Position numbers and translations under genes: made by a program | Notes under the pieces: model-generated | Told to the model about the DNA's origin: nothing | Databases searched by the model: none | The model's input: the letters and a program-made list of their open reading frames with translations, nothing else | Part shown: positions 8,775-17,197 of the stretch, piece after piece | Layout of the letters: each line of letters starts with the position of its first letter | Position numbering within the stretch: the stretch's first letter is position 1 | NCBI GenBank assembly: GCA_965205505.1 | Contig: CBDBHB010000006.1 | Coordinates: 416,001-480,000, forward strand | Length of the DNA stretch: 64,000 nucleotides | Source: Acidobacteriota bacterium | GTDB taxonomy: Bacteria > Acidobacteriota > UBA890 > WLXD01 | Direction of reading: 5' to 3'

Positions 8775-9545
8775 CTATTTCCGTCGGCTCGGAACTGGAA
8801 CCTGAAGAACTTGGCCGGGGTAGATGCGCGTCGACTGCAGCGCGTTGTTGGACTGGATACGGTCGGTCGTTGTGCCGTGGTTCTGCGCGATTCTCCAGAG
8901 CGTGTCACTACGACTCACTCTGTAGGCCACGACATCGGTGAATCCGGTGCCGGAACGCGGACTCGACCGGCCGACAAGTTGCCGCACATACTCGGCATAC
9001 TGGCGTGGGAACAGCGCCACGTGGTAGTGCGGCGGGTGTTTCTCGGCCGCGGCCTCGAGCACGCCGCGCTCTTCGAGCGACAGCAGGATTCTCTCGAGCC
9101 AGCTACGACACGACGGCTTGTTGTGCCGCCGCAGGTCGATTGCCATCCCGGTCGGGTGTACCGACCGGGGCGATGCGTTGCGCGGCTGACCGGTTTGCGG
9201 GCGCGTCAGGCTGGTGACCACCAGTTGCTCGCCGCAGGCGGCGCGAAACTGCGCCGCCAACCGCTCGGTGAAGAGCTTTACCTCCGGCCGCGCGTAGGGG
9301 TATGAGAGATCCTTGAGGGTGTAGTCGCGATTGCCGCGCAGCTGCACCAGCAAGCCGGCGCTTACGAACCGGGAAACGTGCGTTCCGTCGCGCATGAACG
9401 TGAAGTCGTGCACGCTAGCCTGGTGGTTCTGGCGGTCCATCGAGCTGCGGCTGCCACGGAGGCTCTGCGCGTCCGCCGCGCTTGCAGACAGTGCCAGCCC
9501 GACAAGAGCAGCAAGAAGATATGAGACTGTCTTTTGAATCGTCAA
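8775..9545 (-). CDS. DUF5715-like (M15-type zinc peptidase fold) protein with C-terminal LysM
   Basis: Signal peptide; VTSLTR, SVHPTGMAIDL and PPHYHV motifs; LysM YRVSRSDTLWRIA..IYPGQVL. Start is uncertain (TTG 9545; ORF open to 9614). Confidence 0.8.
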   Translation of the reverse strand: MTIQKTVSYLLAALVGLALSASAADAQSLRGSRSSMDRQNHQASVHDFTFMRDGTHVSRFVSAGLLVQLRGNRDYTLKDLSYPYARPEVKLFTERLAAQFRAACGEQLVVTSLTRPQTGQPRNASPRSVHPTGMAIDLRRHNKPSCRSWLERILLSLEERGVLEAAAEKHPPHYHVALFPRQYAEYVRQLVGRSSPRSGTGFTDVVAYRVSRSDTLWRIAQNHGTTTDRIQSNNALQSTRIYPGQVLQVPVPSRRK

Positions 9546-9700
9546 AATATTGTTGAGTCGTGAAAACACGTTAAACCAAGGCCAACAATTGTTGAAGATG
9601 CTATAAGCTATCATTAGCTAGTTTCACCTAACAAGAGTTTGTTGAACACGTTTATTGACCGCGAAGAATCGCCATGCGCTAGCTGATGATTCGGATTGGG
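9546..9700. promoter_or_regulatory. AT-rich divergent promoter region
   Basis: Sharp GC drop between divergent genes, palindrome CAACAATTGTTG, repeated TTGTTGA and AACACGTT. Confidence 0.5.
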
Positions 9701-9727
9701 CCCGGCGTGTGCCACTATGATTTGTGC

Positions 9728-10969
9728 ATGGCCGAAACAGCAGAACCCCGAAGTGGCCTGGTAGGGCAAGGACGTGGCCAACAGCGGCCAGCAGTGCGCA
9801 GCAATGCGCCTGCGGCGCAGTCAATGGCTGGCAAGGTCCTGGGCGCGGTCCGCGCCAGACATTCCGAGGCGGTGGAATTTCTTCGGAAGCTCGTTTTCGC
9901 CGAGACCCCGACGCTCGAGCCGCATACACAGACCGTGGCGCTCCAGCAGCTCACCGAGGGGCTGGCGGCGGCCGGTCTCCGGTGTCGGCGACATTCGGGC
10001 TACACCAGCGGCGGCATGCTGTTGGCTAGCTGGCCACGCCAGCGGCGTTCGTCGCTGCAGTTGCTGATCGGCCACTGCGACACTGTTTGGCCGCTCGGCA
10101 CACTCGAGACCATGCCGGTCGAGATAGAGGGATCGCGCATGCGGGGCCCCGGCGTGTATGACATGAAATGCGGTGTAACGCAGACGGTGTATGCGTTGCA
10201 CGTGTTGCGGGACCTCGGCTTGGAGCCCGAGGTCAAGCCGGTGGTGTTCATCAACTCCGACGAAGAGATCGGTAGCCACGATTCCGAGAAGTACATTCGG
10301 TGGCTCGCCGGCTGTGTCGACCGAGCCTACGTCATGGAGCCGTCGCTGACGTCGGCAGGCTGGCTGAAAACGGCCCGCAAGGGGGTGCGGCAGTATCGAG
10401 TCAAAGTAACTGGCCGGGCGGCTCACGCCGGGTTGAATCCTGAGGAGGGAGTGAGCGCCATCTTGGAGATGTCGCGTCTGGTGGAAGAGCTGTTCGCGCT
10501 CAACGACGCCCAGCGCGGTATCAGCGTAAACGTCGGGATCATCGGTGGCGGAACGCGCTCGAACGTCATCGCTGCCGAGTGTGTGGCAGATGTCGACGTG
10601 CGCGTTCCGACGCTCGATGACGCGTCGCGGGTCGACGCCGCGATCCGCAGCCTGACGACCACGCACCCGGCCGCAACCGTGCAGGCGGTTCAAGCGCAAG
10701 GACGGTCGCCCATGGAGCAGACCGCCGGCGGGAAGTCGCTTTGGGACGCCGCGCGGCGTCACGCCGAGAGCCTGGGCTTTGAGCTCGAGCACGGACGCGC
10801 CGGCGGCGGATCGGACGGCAACATAACCAACCTCTACACGCCGACGCTCGACGGGCTCGGCGCCGTCGGCGACGGCGCGCACGCCTCGCATGAATATGTC
10901 GATCTCGAGCAGATGGTCGAACGTACGGCGCTGCTGGTGTTGCTTTTGTTGGAGCCGCCACTCTCGTGA
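9728..10969 (+). CDS. M20 metallopeptidase (carboxypeptidase G2-like)
   Basis: GHCDTVW, GPGVYDMK, SDEEIGS, GGGSDGN and GAHASHE motifs. Start is uncertain. Confidence 0.9.
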   Translation: MAETAEPRSGLVGQGRGQQRPAVRSNAPAAQSMAGKVLGAVRARHSEAVEFLRKLVFAETPTLEPHTQTVALQQLTEGLAAAGLRCRRHSGYTSGGMLLASWPRQRRSSLQLLIGHCDTVWPLGTLETMPVEIEGSRMRGPGVYDMKCGVTQTVYALHVLRDLGLEPEVKPVVFINSDEEIGSHDSEKYIRWLAGCVDRAYVMEPSLTSAGWLKTARKGVRQYRVKVTGRAAHAGLNPEEGVSAILEMSRLVEELFALNDAQRGISVNVGIIGGGTRSNVIAAECVADVDVRVPTLDDASRVDAAIRSLTTTHPAATVQAVQAQGRSPMEQTAGGKSLWDAARRHAESLGFELEHGRAGGGSDGNITNLYTPTLDGLGAVGDGAHASHEYVDLEQMVERTALLVLLLLEPPLS

Positions 10970-11532
10970 CCCTGCGCATACCCGTCGTGCTGGGCAGCAT
11001 TCGCCAGGGTCGCAACACGCCACGGCTGGCACGCTTCATTCTGCGCAAGCTCGGAGAGCGCGACGATGTGCAATCAGACTTGATCGACCTGCGCCGGCTG
11101 GAGCTTCCGCTGGTCGAAGAACGGTTGCGTTTTCTCGACGAGCCGCCGCCTGGGCTGACTGCGCTGAGCGAACACATCGACCGCGCCGACGCGGTGGTCA
11201 TTGCCACGCCGGAATACAACAAGGGTTACCCGGCGGCGCTCAAGAACGCCATCGATGCATTGGGCTCGGAATGGCGTCGCAAGCCCGTCGGAATCGTGGC
11301 CCACTCGGTGGGGGCGTTCGGTGGCATGGTGGTGCTGCAACAACTTCGCATTGTCCTCATGAACCTGGGGGCCGTGCCGATTCCCGCCGCGATGACCGTG
11401 CCGAACATCGAGCACACCCTCGACGTGGATGGTGCGGCGCTCGACGAGGCCTTCGAGGGCCGGGGTGGCCGCTTCGTCGACGAGCTGCTCTGGTACGCGC
11501 GAGCGCTGAGAAATGCTAGCGCAGACGGATGA
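10966..11532 (+). CDS. NADPH-dependent FMN reductase
   Basis: LGSIRQGR and TPEYNKGYPAALKNAID motifs. Confidence 0.92.
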   Translation: MTLRIPVVLGSIRQGRNTPRLARFILRKLGERDDVQSDLIDLRRLELPLVEERLRFLDEPPPGLTALSEHIDRADAVVIATPEYNKGYPAALKNAIDALGSEWRRKPVGIVAHSVGAFGGMVVLQQLRIVLMNLGAVPIPAAMTVPNIEHTLDVDGAALDEAFEGRGGRFVDELLWYARALRNASADG

Positions 11533-11637
11533 CATCAGAGTCGCAGAGCCGGCTCGAATTGCTCCTCTGACGCGGCTGTCGTAAGCTCCCGTGACTCTGT
11601 TTTGGTCTAGTCCCACCGCGCGAGGCAAGATGCGTTC

Positions 11638-13422
11638 ATGAGCGTCCCCGAGGAGAAGTTCGTCGACGAGGCTGGGCCCGATGATGCCCACGCACACGGC
11701 GAGAGCTTCATCTGGAAGTACGTCTTCTCGACCGATCACAAGACCATCGGGATCCAGTACGGCCTGACGGCTCTGTGCTTTCTGTTGTTCGGCTTCTGCC
11801 TGATGCTGCTGATGCGCTGGCAGCTGGCCTCGCCTGGCGCGCCCATACCCATCATCGGCGGCTTCCTGGGCCAGGCAAACGCGCCGGGCGGCATCATGCT
11901 GCCGGAGTTCTACAACCAGCTCGGTGCCATGCACGGCACCATCATGGTGTTCCTCGCCATCGTGCCGATGATCGTCGGCGCCTTCGGCAACTACGTCGTG
12001 CCGCTGCAGATCGGCGCCCCCGACATGGCGTTCCCGAAGCTCAACATGGCGAGCTACTGGTTCTACTTCGTCGGTGGCGTGGTCATGCTGGCGAGCTTCT
12101 TCCTTCCCGGCGGTGCGGCGAACTCGGGCTGGACCTCATACGCACCGCTCTCGATTATCGCCACGATGGGACAGACGGCGTGGCTGATCGGCATGATCTG
12201 CCTGATCAACTCGTCGCTGCTCGGATCGATGAACATCATCGTGACCATCTTCCAGCTGCGCGCGCCGGGTCTTACCTGGATGCGACTGCCATTTTTCGTC
12301 TGGGCGCAGCTGGTCACCTCGTTCTTGCTCGTGCTGGCGTTCCCGCCGCTCGAAGCGGCGGGGGCGATGCAGCTCATGGATCGCCTCGCCGGCACCAGCT
12401 TCTTCATGCCCAGCGGCCTCTACGTGTCGGGGCAGATTCTCGAGTATGCCGGTGGCGGCTCGGTGCTGCTGTGGCAGCATCTCTTCTGGTTCCTGGCGCA
12501 CCCAGAGGTTTACGTGCTAGTCCTGCCGGCGATGGGCATCGTCGCCGAGGTGATTGCCAACAACACCCGCAAGCCGCTTTGGGGCTACAAGGCGCTGGTG
12601 TACTCGACGGTGTTTCTCGGCTTCATGTCCTTCGTCGTGTGGGCGCACCACATGTTCATGACCGGCATGGGCACGGTGATCAGCGCCTTTTTCCAGACCA
12701 CCACGATGATCATCTCGATCCCGTCGGTGGTGATCTTGACGGCCTTGCTGATCTCTCTGTGGGGCGCCTCGATCCGCTTCAACACGCCGATGTTGTTCGC
12801 GCTGGCTTTCCTGCCCATGTTCGGCATCGGCGGGCTGACAGGGCTGCCGCTCGGTCTGGCGCCAGCGGACATCCACCTCCACGACACGTACTACGTGATC
12901 GGGCATTTCCATTATGTCGTGGCGCCCGGAACCATCTTCGGCATCTTCGCCGGCATCTACTACTGGTTCCCGAAGATTACCGGCCGGATGATGAACGAAG
13001 TGCTTGGCAAGCTGCACTTCTGGGGGTCGCTGGTCTTCATTAACTGCATCTTCGCACCGATGTTCCTGCAGGGGTTGGCCGGCGTATCACGGAGGCTGTA
13101 CGACGGTGGCGCCCAGTACTCGCACGCCCAGCCCGTGCTGCACTGGAACACCTTCATCTCGTACTCGGCGTTCCTACTGGCGGCGGCGCAGATCCTCTTC
13201 ATCGTCAACTTCCTGTGGAGCATCTTCCGCGGCAAGCGCGCGACCGCCAACCCGTGGGAGGCCACCACGATCGAGTGGACGGCTACCACCTCGCCGCCGC
13301 TCGGACACGGCAACTTCGAGACCCTGCCGAAGGTGTACCGGGGTCCCTACGAGTACAGTGCGCCCGGTGCAGAGGACAGCTTCATCGCTCAGGATGCGGC
13401 GCCCGCGCCGCAGGGGGGATAG
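11638..13422 (+). CDS. ctaD: Cytochrome c oxidase subunit I (A1-type HPEVY)
   Basis: DHKTIG, MHGTIM, PDMAFP, HPEVY, WAHHM and HDTYYVIGHFHY motifs. Confidence 0.97.
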   Translation: MSVPEEKFVDEAGPDDAHAHGESFIWKYVFSTDHKTIGIQYGLTALCFLLFGFCLMLLMRWQLASPGAPIPIIGGFLGQANAPGGIMLPEFYNQLGAMHGTIMVFLAIVPMIVGAFGNYVVPLQIGAPDMAFPKLNMASYWFYFVGGVVMLASFFLPGGAANSGWTSYAPLSIIATMGQTAWLIGMICLINSSLLGSMNIIVTIFQLRAPGLTWMRLPFFVWAQLVTSFLLVLAFPPLEAAGAMQLMDRLAGTSFFMPSGLYVSGQILEYAGGGSVLLWQHLFWFLAHPEVYVLVLPAMGIVAEVIANNTRKPLWGYKALVYSTVFLGFMSFVVWAHHMFMTGMGTVISAFFQTTTMIISIPSVVILTALLISLWGASIRFNTPMLFALAFLPMFGIGGLTGLPLGLAPADIHLHDTYYVIGHFHYVVAPGTIFGIFAGIYYWFPKITGRMMNEVLGKLHFWGSLVFINCIFAPMFLQGLAGVSRRLYDGGAQYSHAQPVLHWNTFISYSAFLLAAAQILFIVNFLWSIFRGKRATANPWEATTIEWTATTSPPLGHGNFETLPKVYRGPYEYSAPGAEDSFIAQDAAPAPQGG

Positions 13423-13425
13423 GCG

Positions 13426-14010
13426 ATGGACATTCCCTACACTGTCGAAGCGCGGCCCGACACCGGCCTTTACAACGCCAAGCTCGGAATCTGGTTGTTT
13501 CTGGCGTCCGAGGTGATGCTGTTCGGGGCACTGTTCTCGTCGTACATCCTGCTCAGGACCAGCGACCCCAACTGGTACCACGCCGACCTCAACGTCCCGA
13601 TGGCCACGTTGAACACCATGTTTCTGATCACCTCGTCGGTGACCGTGGTGCTGTCGTGGGCGTCACTGCGCCTCAACGACTTCGCCAAGTTCAAGTTGTG
13701 GGGAATCGCTACCTTCCTGCTCGCTTCGGCGTTCATGGTGGTCAAGGCCTTCGAGTACAACGAGGAGTTCACCCACGGTCTGTATCCCGCCACCAACAAT
13801 TTCATGGCGGTGTACTTCACCATGACCGGCCTGCACGGGCTGCACGTGCTCGGCGGCATGATCGTGATCGCCTACCTCCTAGGTCCTGGCGCCAAGATGT
13901 GGAACACGGCGCCCGAGCGGTTCACGAATCGCGTCGAGACCTTCGGCCTGTACTGGCACTTCGTCGATCTGGTGTGGATCTTCCTGTTTCCCGCCCTGTA
14001 CCTGCTTTAG
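13426..14010 (+). CDS. ctaE: Cytochrome c oxidase subunit III
   Basis: WLFLASEVMLF, TGLHGLHV and YWHFVDLVW motifs. Confidence 0.95.
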   Translation: MDIPYTVEARPDTGLYNAKLGIWLFLASEVMLFGALFSSYILLRTSDPNWYHADLNVPMATLNTMFLITSSVTVVLSWASLRLNDFAKFKLWGIATFLLASAFMVVKAFEYNEEFTHGLYPATNNFMAVYFTMTGLHGLHVLGGMIVIAYLLGPGAKMWNTAPERFTNRVETFGLYWHFVDLVWIFLFPALYLL

Positions 14011-14019
14011 GGAGCCCCG

Positions 14020-14361
14020 ATGAGCGGCCACAGCCCGGAAGAGATCCAGCAGGAAGTGCGTAAGTACTTCATGGTCTTCGGCGCCCTGGCAGTGCTGACG
14101 GCGGTGACCGTCGCGGTCAGCTACCTCGACCTGACGTCCGGTTTGGCGGTAACCCTGGCGATGATTATCGCCACCGTCAAGGGGTCGCTGGTTGCCGGTT
14201 ACTTCATGCACCTGCTCGACGAGAAGAAGCTCATATACAGCATCCTGTTGTTGACCCTCATGTTCTTCATCGTGCTGATGGGCCTGCCGGCGGGGACCAT
14301 AGCCGACACGACGGGCGAACCGATCCACGCAGCCGCACCGACGTCCCCGGCGGAGCATTGA
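14020..14361 (+). CDS. ctaF: Cytochrome c oxidase subunit IV
   Basis: 3 TM helices, KGSLVAGYFMHL motif. Confidence 0.88.
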   Translation: MSGHSPEEIQQEVRKYFMVFGALAVLTAVTVAVSYLDLTSGLAVTLAMIIATVKGSLVAGYFMHLLDEKKLIYSILLLTLMFFIVLMGLPAGTIADTTGEPIHAAAPTSPAEH

Positions 14362-14362
14362 G

Positions 14363-14566
14363 ATGTCGTTGAAGTCGTTTCACGTGGTGTTCATCTGTGC
14401 TTCGATCGTCCTCTGCTTCATGGTCGGCGCCTGGGCACTCCAGCAGTATCGACTCTCCGACGAGACCGGGCACCTGTGGTTGGCGGTGGTGTTCTACGCG
14501 AGCGGCGTAGCCCTGGTGGCCTACGGCCTACGGTTCGTACGCAAGATCCGGGAGCTGGGAATCTGA
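14363..14566 (+). CDS. Small 2-TM membrane protein in the cox operon
   Basis: Tightly packed with its neighbours, hydrophobic, begins MSLKSFHVVFI. Confidence 0.7.
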   Translation: MSLKSFHVVFICASIVLCFMVGAWALQQYRLSDETGHLWLAVVFYASGVALVAYGLRFVRKIRELGI

Positions 14567-14829
14567 TGCTTAGCCGGGTGGCTTCGATCGTGATACTGAC
14601 CGCCTCGGCGGCGCTCGTTCCGGCCGTCGCCGAGGCGTGCCCGGTCTGTTATGGCGATATCGGCGGTCCGGCGGCGCGCGGCATCAACAACGGAATCCTG
14701 TCGATGCTGGCCGTGGTCGGCGTCGTTCAGATCGGCTTCGTAATGCTGTTCGTGGGCATGTGGCGCCGCGGCAAGCTGCTGCGCGAGCGTAAGGAGAGCT
14801 TCAAGGTGATTGACGGAGGCGTGCGATAA
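14566..14829 (+). CDS. Small exported/membrane protein with CPVC motif
   Basis: ATG overlaps the upstream TGA. Signal peptide ends AEA, followed by CPVCYG and one TM helix. Confidence 0.7.
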   Translation: MLSRVASIVILTASAALVPAVAEACPVCYGDIGGPAARGINNGILSMLAVVGVVQIGFVMLFVGMWRRGKLLRERKESFKVIDGGVR

Positions 14830-15690
14830 ATGCTCTCGCTCATGCAGCAGTGGATGCCGGTAAATGGTGCGGCCCACGGACAGGCGCTGGACGAGATGTC
14901 GGCGCTAGTGCATTGGGTGATGCTGATCTTGTTCGTCGGCTGGGGGCTCTACTTCGCTTACGTCCTGTTTCGTTTCCGCGCCGGCGCCAATCCGCGCGCC
15001 AGCTACAAGGGCGCCACCAGCCACTTCTCACAGTACGTCGAGGTCAGCGTCGGCGTCATCGAGGTGGTGTTGCTGGTTTTCTTCGCCATTCCGGCGTGGG
15101 CGAGCTGGGTCGACCCGCCGGCCGACGGCGAGGCACTCGAGATCCGCGTGGTCGCCGAGCAGTTTCTGTGGAACGTTCAGTACAGCGGACCCGACGGTGT
15201 CTTCGGTCGTACCGGGCTCGAGTTCATTACGCCGACCAACACCATCGGGATCGACCGCTCGGACCCCTATGCGGTCGACGACGTTATCTCGACCAACCAG
15301 CTGCATCTGCCGGTAGATCGACCGATCACGCTGCTGCTGTCCTCGAAGGACGTGATCCACAGCTTCGCCCTGCAGCAGATGCGTGTGAAGCAGGACATCA
15401 TCCCCGGTCTCATGATCCCGGTGCATTTCACCCCGATCATGGTGACGCCGGAGGAGTCGGCGTATCCGGCCTGCGCCGGCGACAAGACGTGCTGGGAGAT
15501 CACCTGCGCACAGCTTTGCGGCCTCGGCCACTTCCGCATGCGCGGCTTTTACACCATCTACGAGCAGGCGGATTTCGATGCCTGGATGGCTGAACAAGTT
15601 GCCGCAGTCATGCCCGCGCCCGCAGCGGTCGAGGCAGAGGCAGCAGACGAGGAAGCCGAGCCGGAACCGGTCGTCCAGGGGGAGCAGTAG
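14830..15690 (+). CDS. ctaC: Cytochrome c oxidase subunit II
   Basis: 2 TM helices, DVIHSF, CuA motif CAQLCGLGHFRM. Confidence 0.95.
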   Translation: MLSLMQQWMPVNGAAHGQALDEMSALVHWVMLILFVGWGLYFAYVLFRFRAGANPRASYKGATSHFSQYVEVSVGVIEVVLLVFFAIPAWASWVDPPADGEALEIRVVAEQFLWNVQYSGPDGVFGRTGLEFITPTNTIGIDRSDPYAVDDVISTNQLHLPVDRPITLLLSSKDVIHSFALQQMRVKQDIIPGLMIPVHFTPIMVTPEESAYPACAGDKTCWEITCAQLCGLGHFRMRGFYTIYEQADFDAWMAEQVAAVMPAPAAVEAEAADEEAEPEPVVQGEQ

Positions 15691-15752
15691 AGTCGGCAAG
15701 CCCCGAGAGACGGCGGTCTAGCAACGGGAGGTTAGGCCATGAGGCTGTTCTC

Positions 15753-17177
15753 TTGACCTCGAACCGCCGACCTGAGGCTGCTGCTTCCGCAGTTGCTGGC
15801 CGATGTACCGTACTGCTCGTTGGTATCGCGATCGGCGCCTGTACCGGCGGAGCCACGCTTCCGATCACCGTAGGCGACCTGGCGATTACGCACGTCACCG
15901 TCCTGCCCATGGACGGCACCGAACGGCTCGTCGACCAGACGGTGGTGGTCGCTGGGGAGCGCATCGTTGCCGTGGAGGCGACTGGAACGGTAGGGCTCGC
16001 TCCGGACACAACCGTGGTCGATGCAGCGGGCAAGTACCTGATGCCCGGCATGGTCGAGATGCACGGGCACTATCCACAGGACGCCGAGGGACAGTTCACG
16101 CGCGACATCCTGTTTCTCTACGTTGCCAACGGCGTCACGTTGGTCCGCGGCATGCAGGGCGGTCCGCAGCACTTGCCGCTACGGGAGTCATTGGCCCGCG
16201 GCGAGCTCGTCGGCCCCCGAATCCTCGTCAGCGCGCCGATGTTGCACGGCCAGAACGTGACCGAGCCCGACCAGGCGATTGAGCTGGTGCGACGTGCCAG
16301 TGCCGCCGGATTCGACCATCTCAAGGTGCACGAGGATCTCAGCCGCGAGGTCTACGACGCCATTGCGGACACCGCCAACGAAATCGGTATCACCTTCTCG
16401 GGGCACGTGACCAACCACGTGGGTCTGTATCACGCCCTCGCGAAGGGTCAACTGACGATCGACCACCTCGACAACTACCTCGAAGCGCTCGTCGACGACC
16501 AGCAAGCGGTGGCTGATCTGGGTCTCTTCGATCTCGGGCAGCTGGCTGGCCGCATCGACGACACCAAGATAGCTGACGCTGTGACGGCGACGGCCGAGGC
16601 CGGCGCGGGTGTGGTGCCCACCATGGCGCTCTGGGAGGTGCTCTTCGGTGCTCGCCGCGGCGAGGAGTGGTTGGAGATGCGCCCCGAGACTCGTTACATG
16701 CCGCCCCAGATGGTCGACAGTTGGATCCAGGGAACCAATCAGCGTGTCGAGCAGCTGGGCGCAGATCGCGAGGCCGTATCGAACATCCTGGCGCTACGCC
16801 GCCGGGTGTTGAAGGCGCTCCACGATGCGGGCGTACCGGTGCTGCTGGGTACCGATTCACCGCAGATCTTCAGCGTGCCCGGGTTCTCGATCCACCACGA
16901 GATGGCGCTGATGGTGGAATCTGGGTTGACGCCCTACGACGTGCTGTTTGCGGGTACGCAGGCGGTAGCGCAATTCTATGGCGATACTGACGACTACGGC
17001 TCAGTGGCGGTCGGCCGCCGTGCCGACCTGGTGTTGCTGAACGCCGATCCGGCCGACGACGTGAGCAACTTCGCCAATCGGTCCGGGGTAGTGGTCAACG
17101 GCCGGTGGATCAGCGAAGAAGAGATTCAGGAGGAGCTCGAGACGATCGCGGCTCGTGCGGTCGAGACAAACCAGTGA
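15753..17177 (+). CDS. Amidohydrolase family protein, putative lipoprotein
   Basis: IGAC lipobox; PGMVEMHGH, LLGTDS and GSVAVGRRADLV motifs. Confidence 0.85.
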   Translation: MTSNRRPEAAASAVAGRCTVLLVGIAIGACTGGATLPITVGDLAITHVTVLPMDGTERLVDQTVVVAGERIVAVEATGTVGLAPDTTVVDAAGKYLMPGMVEMHGHYPQDAEGQFTRDILFLYVANGVTLVRGMQGGPQHLPLRESLARGELVGPRILVSAPMLHGQNVTEPDQAIELVRRASAAGFDHLKVHEDLSREVYDAIADTANEIGITFSGHVTNHVGLYHALAKGQLTIDHLDNYLEALVDDQQAVADLGLFDLGQLAGRIDDTKIADAVTATAEAGAGVVPTMALWEVLFGARRGEEWLEMRPETRYMPPQMVDSWIQGTNQRVEQLGADREAVSNILALRRRVLKALHDAGVPVLLGTDSPQIFSVPGFSIHHEMALMVESGLTPYDVLFAGTQAVAQFYGDTDDYGSVAVGRRADLVLLNADPADDVSNFANRSGVVVNGRWISEEEIQEELETIAARAVETNQ

Positions 17178-17197
17178 TCGCCTAGCTGGCCAACGAC

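Noticed and set aside
8478-8805. Small ORFs over the palindromic elements (also 52226-52483)
   Set aside because: They are by-products of the inverted repeat, are not conserved between the two copies and have no RBS
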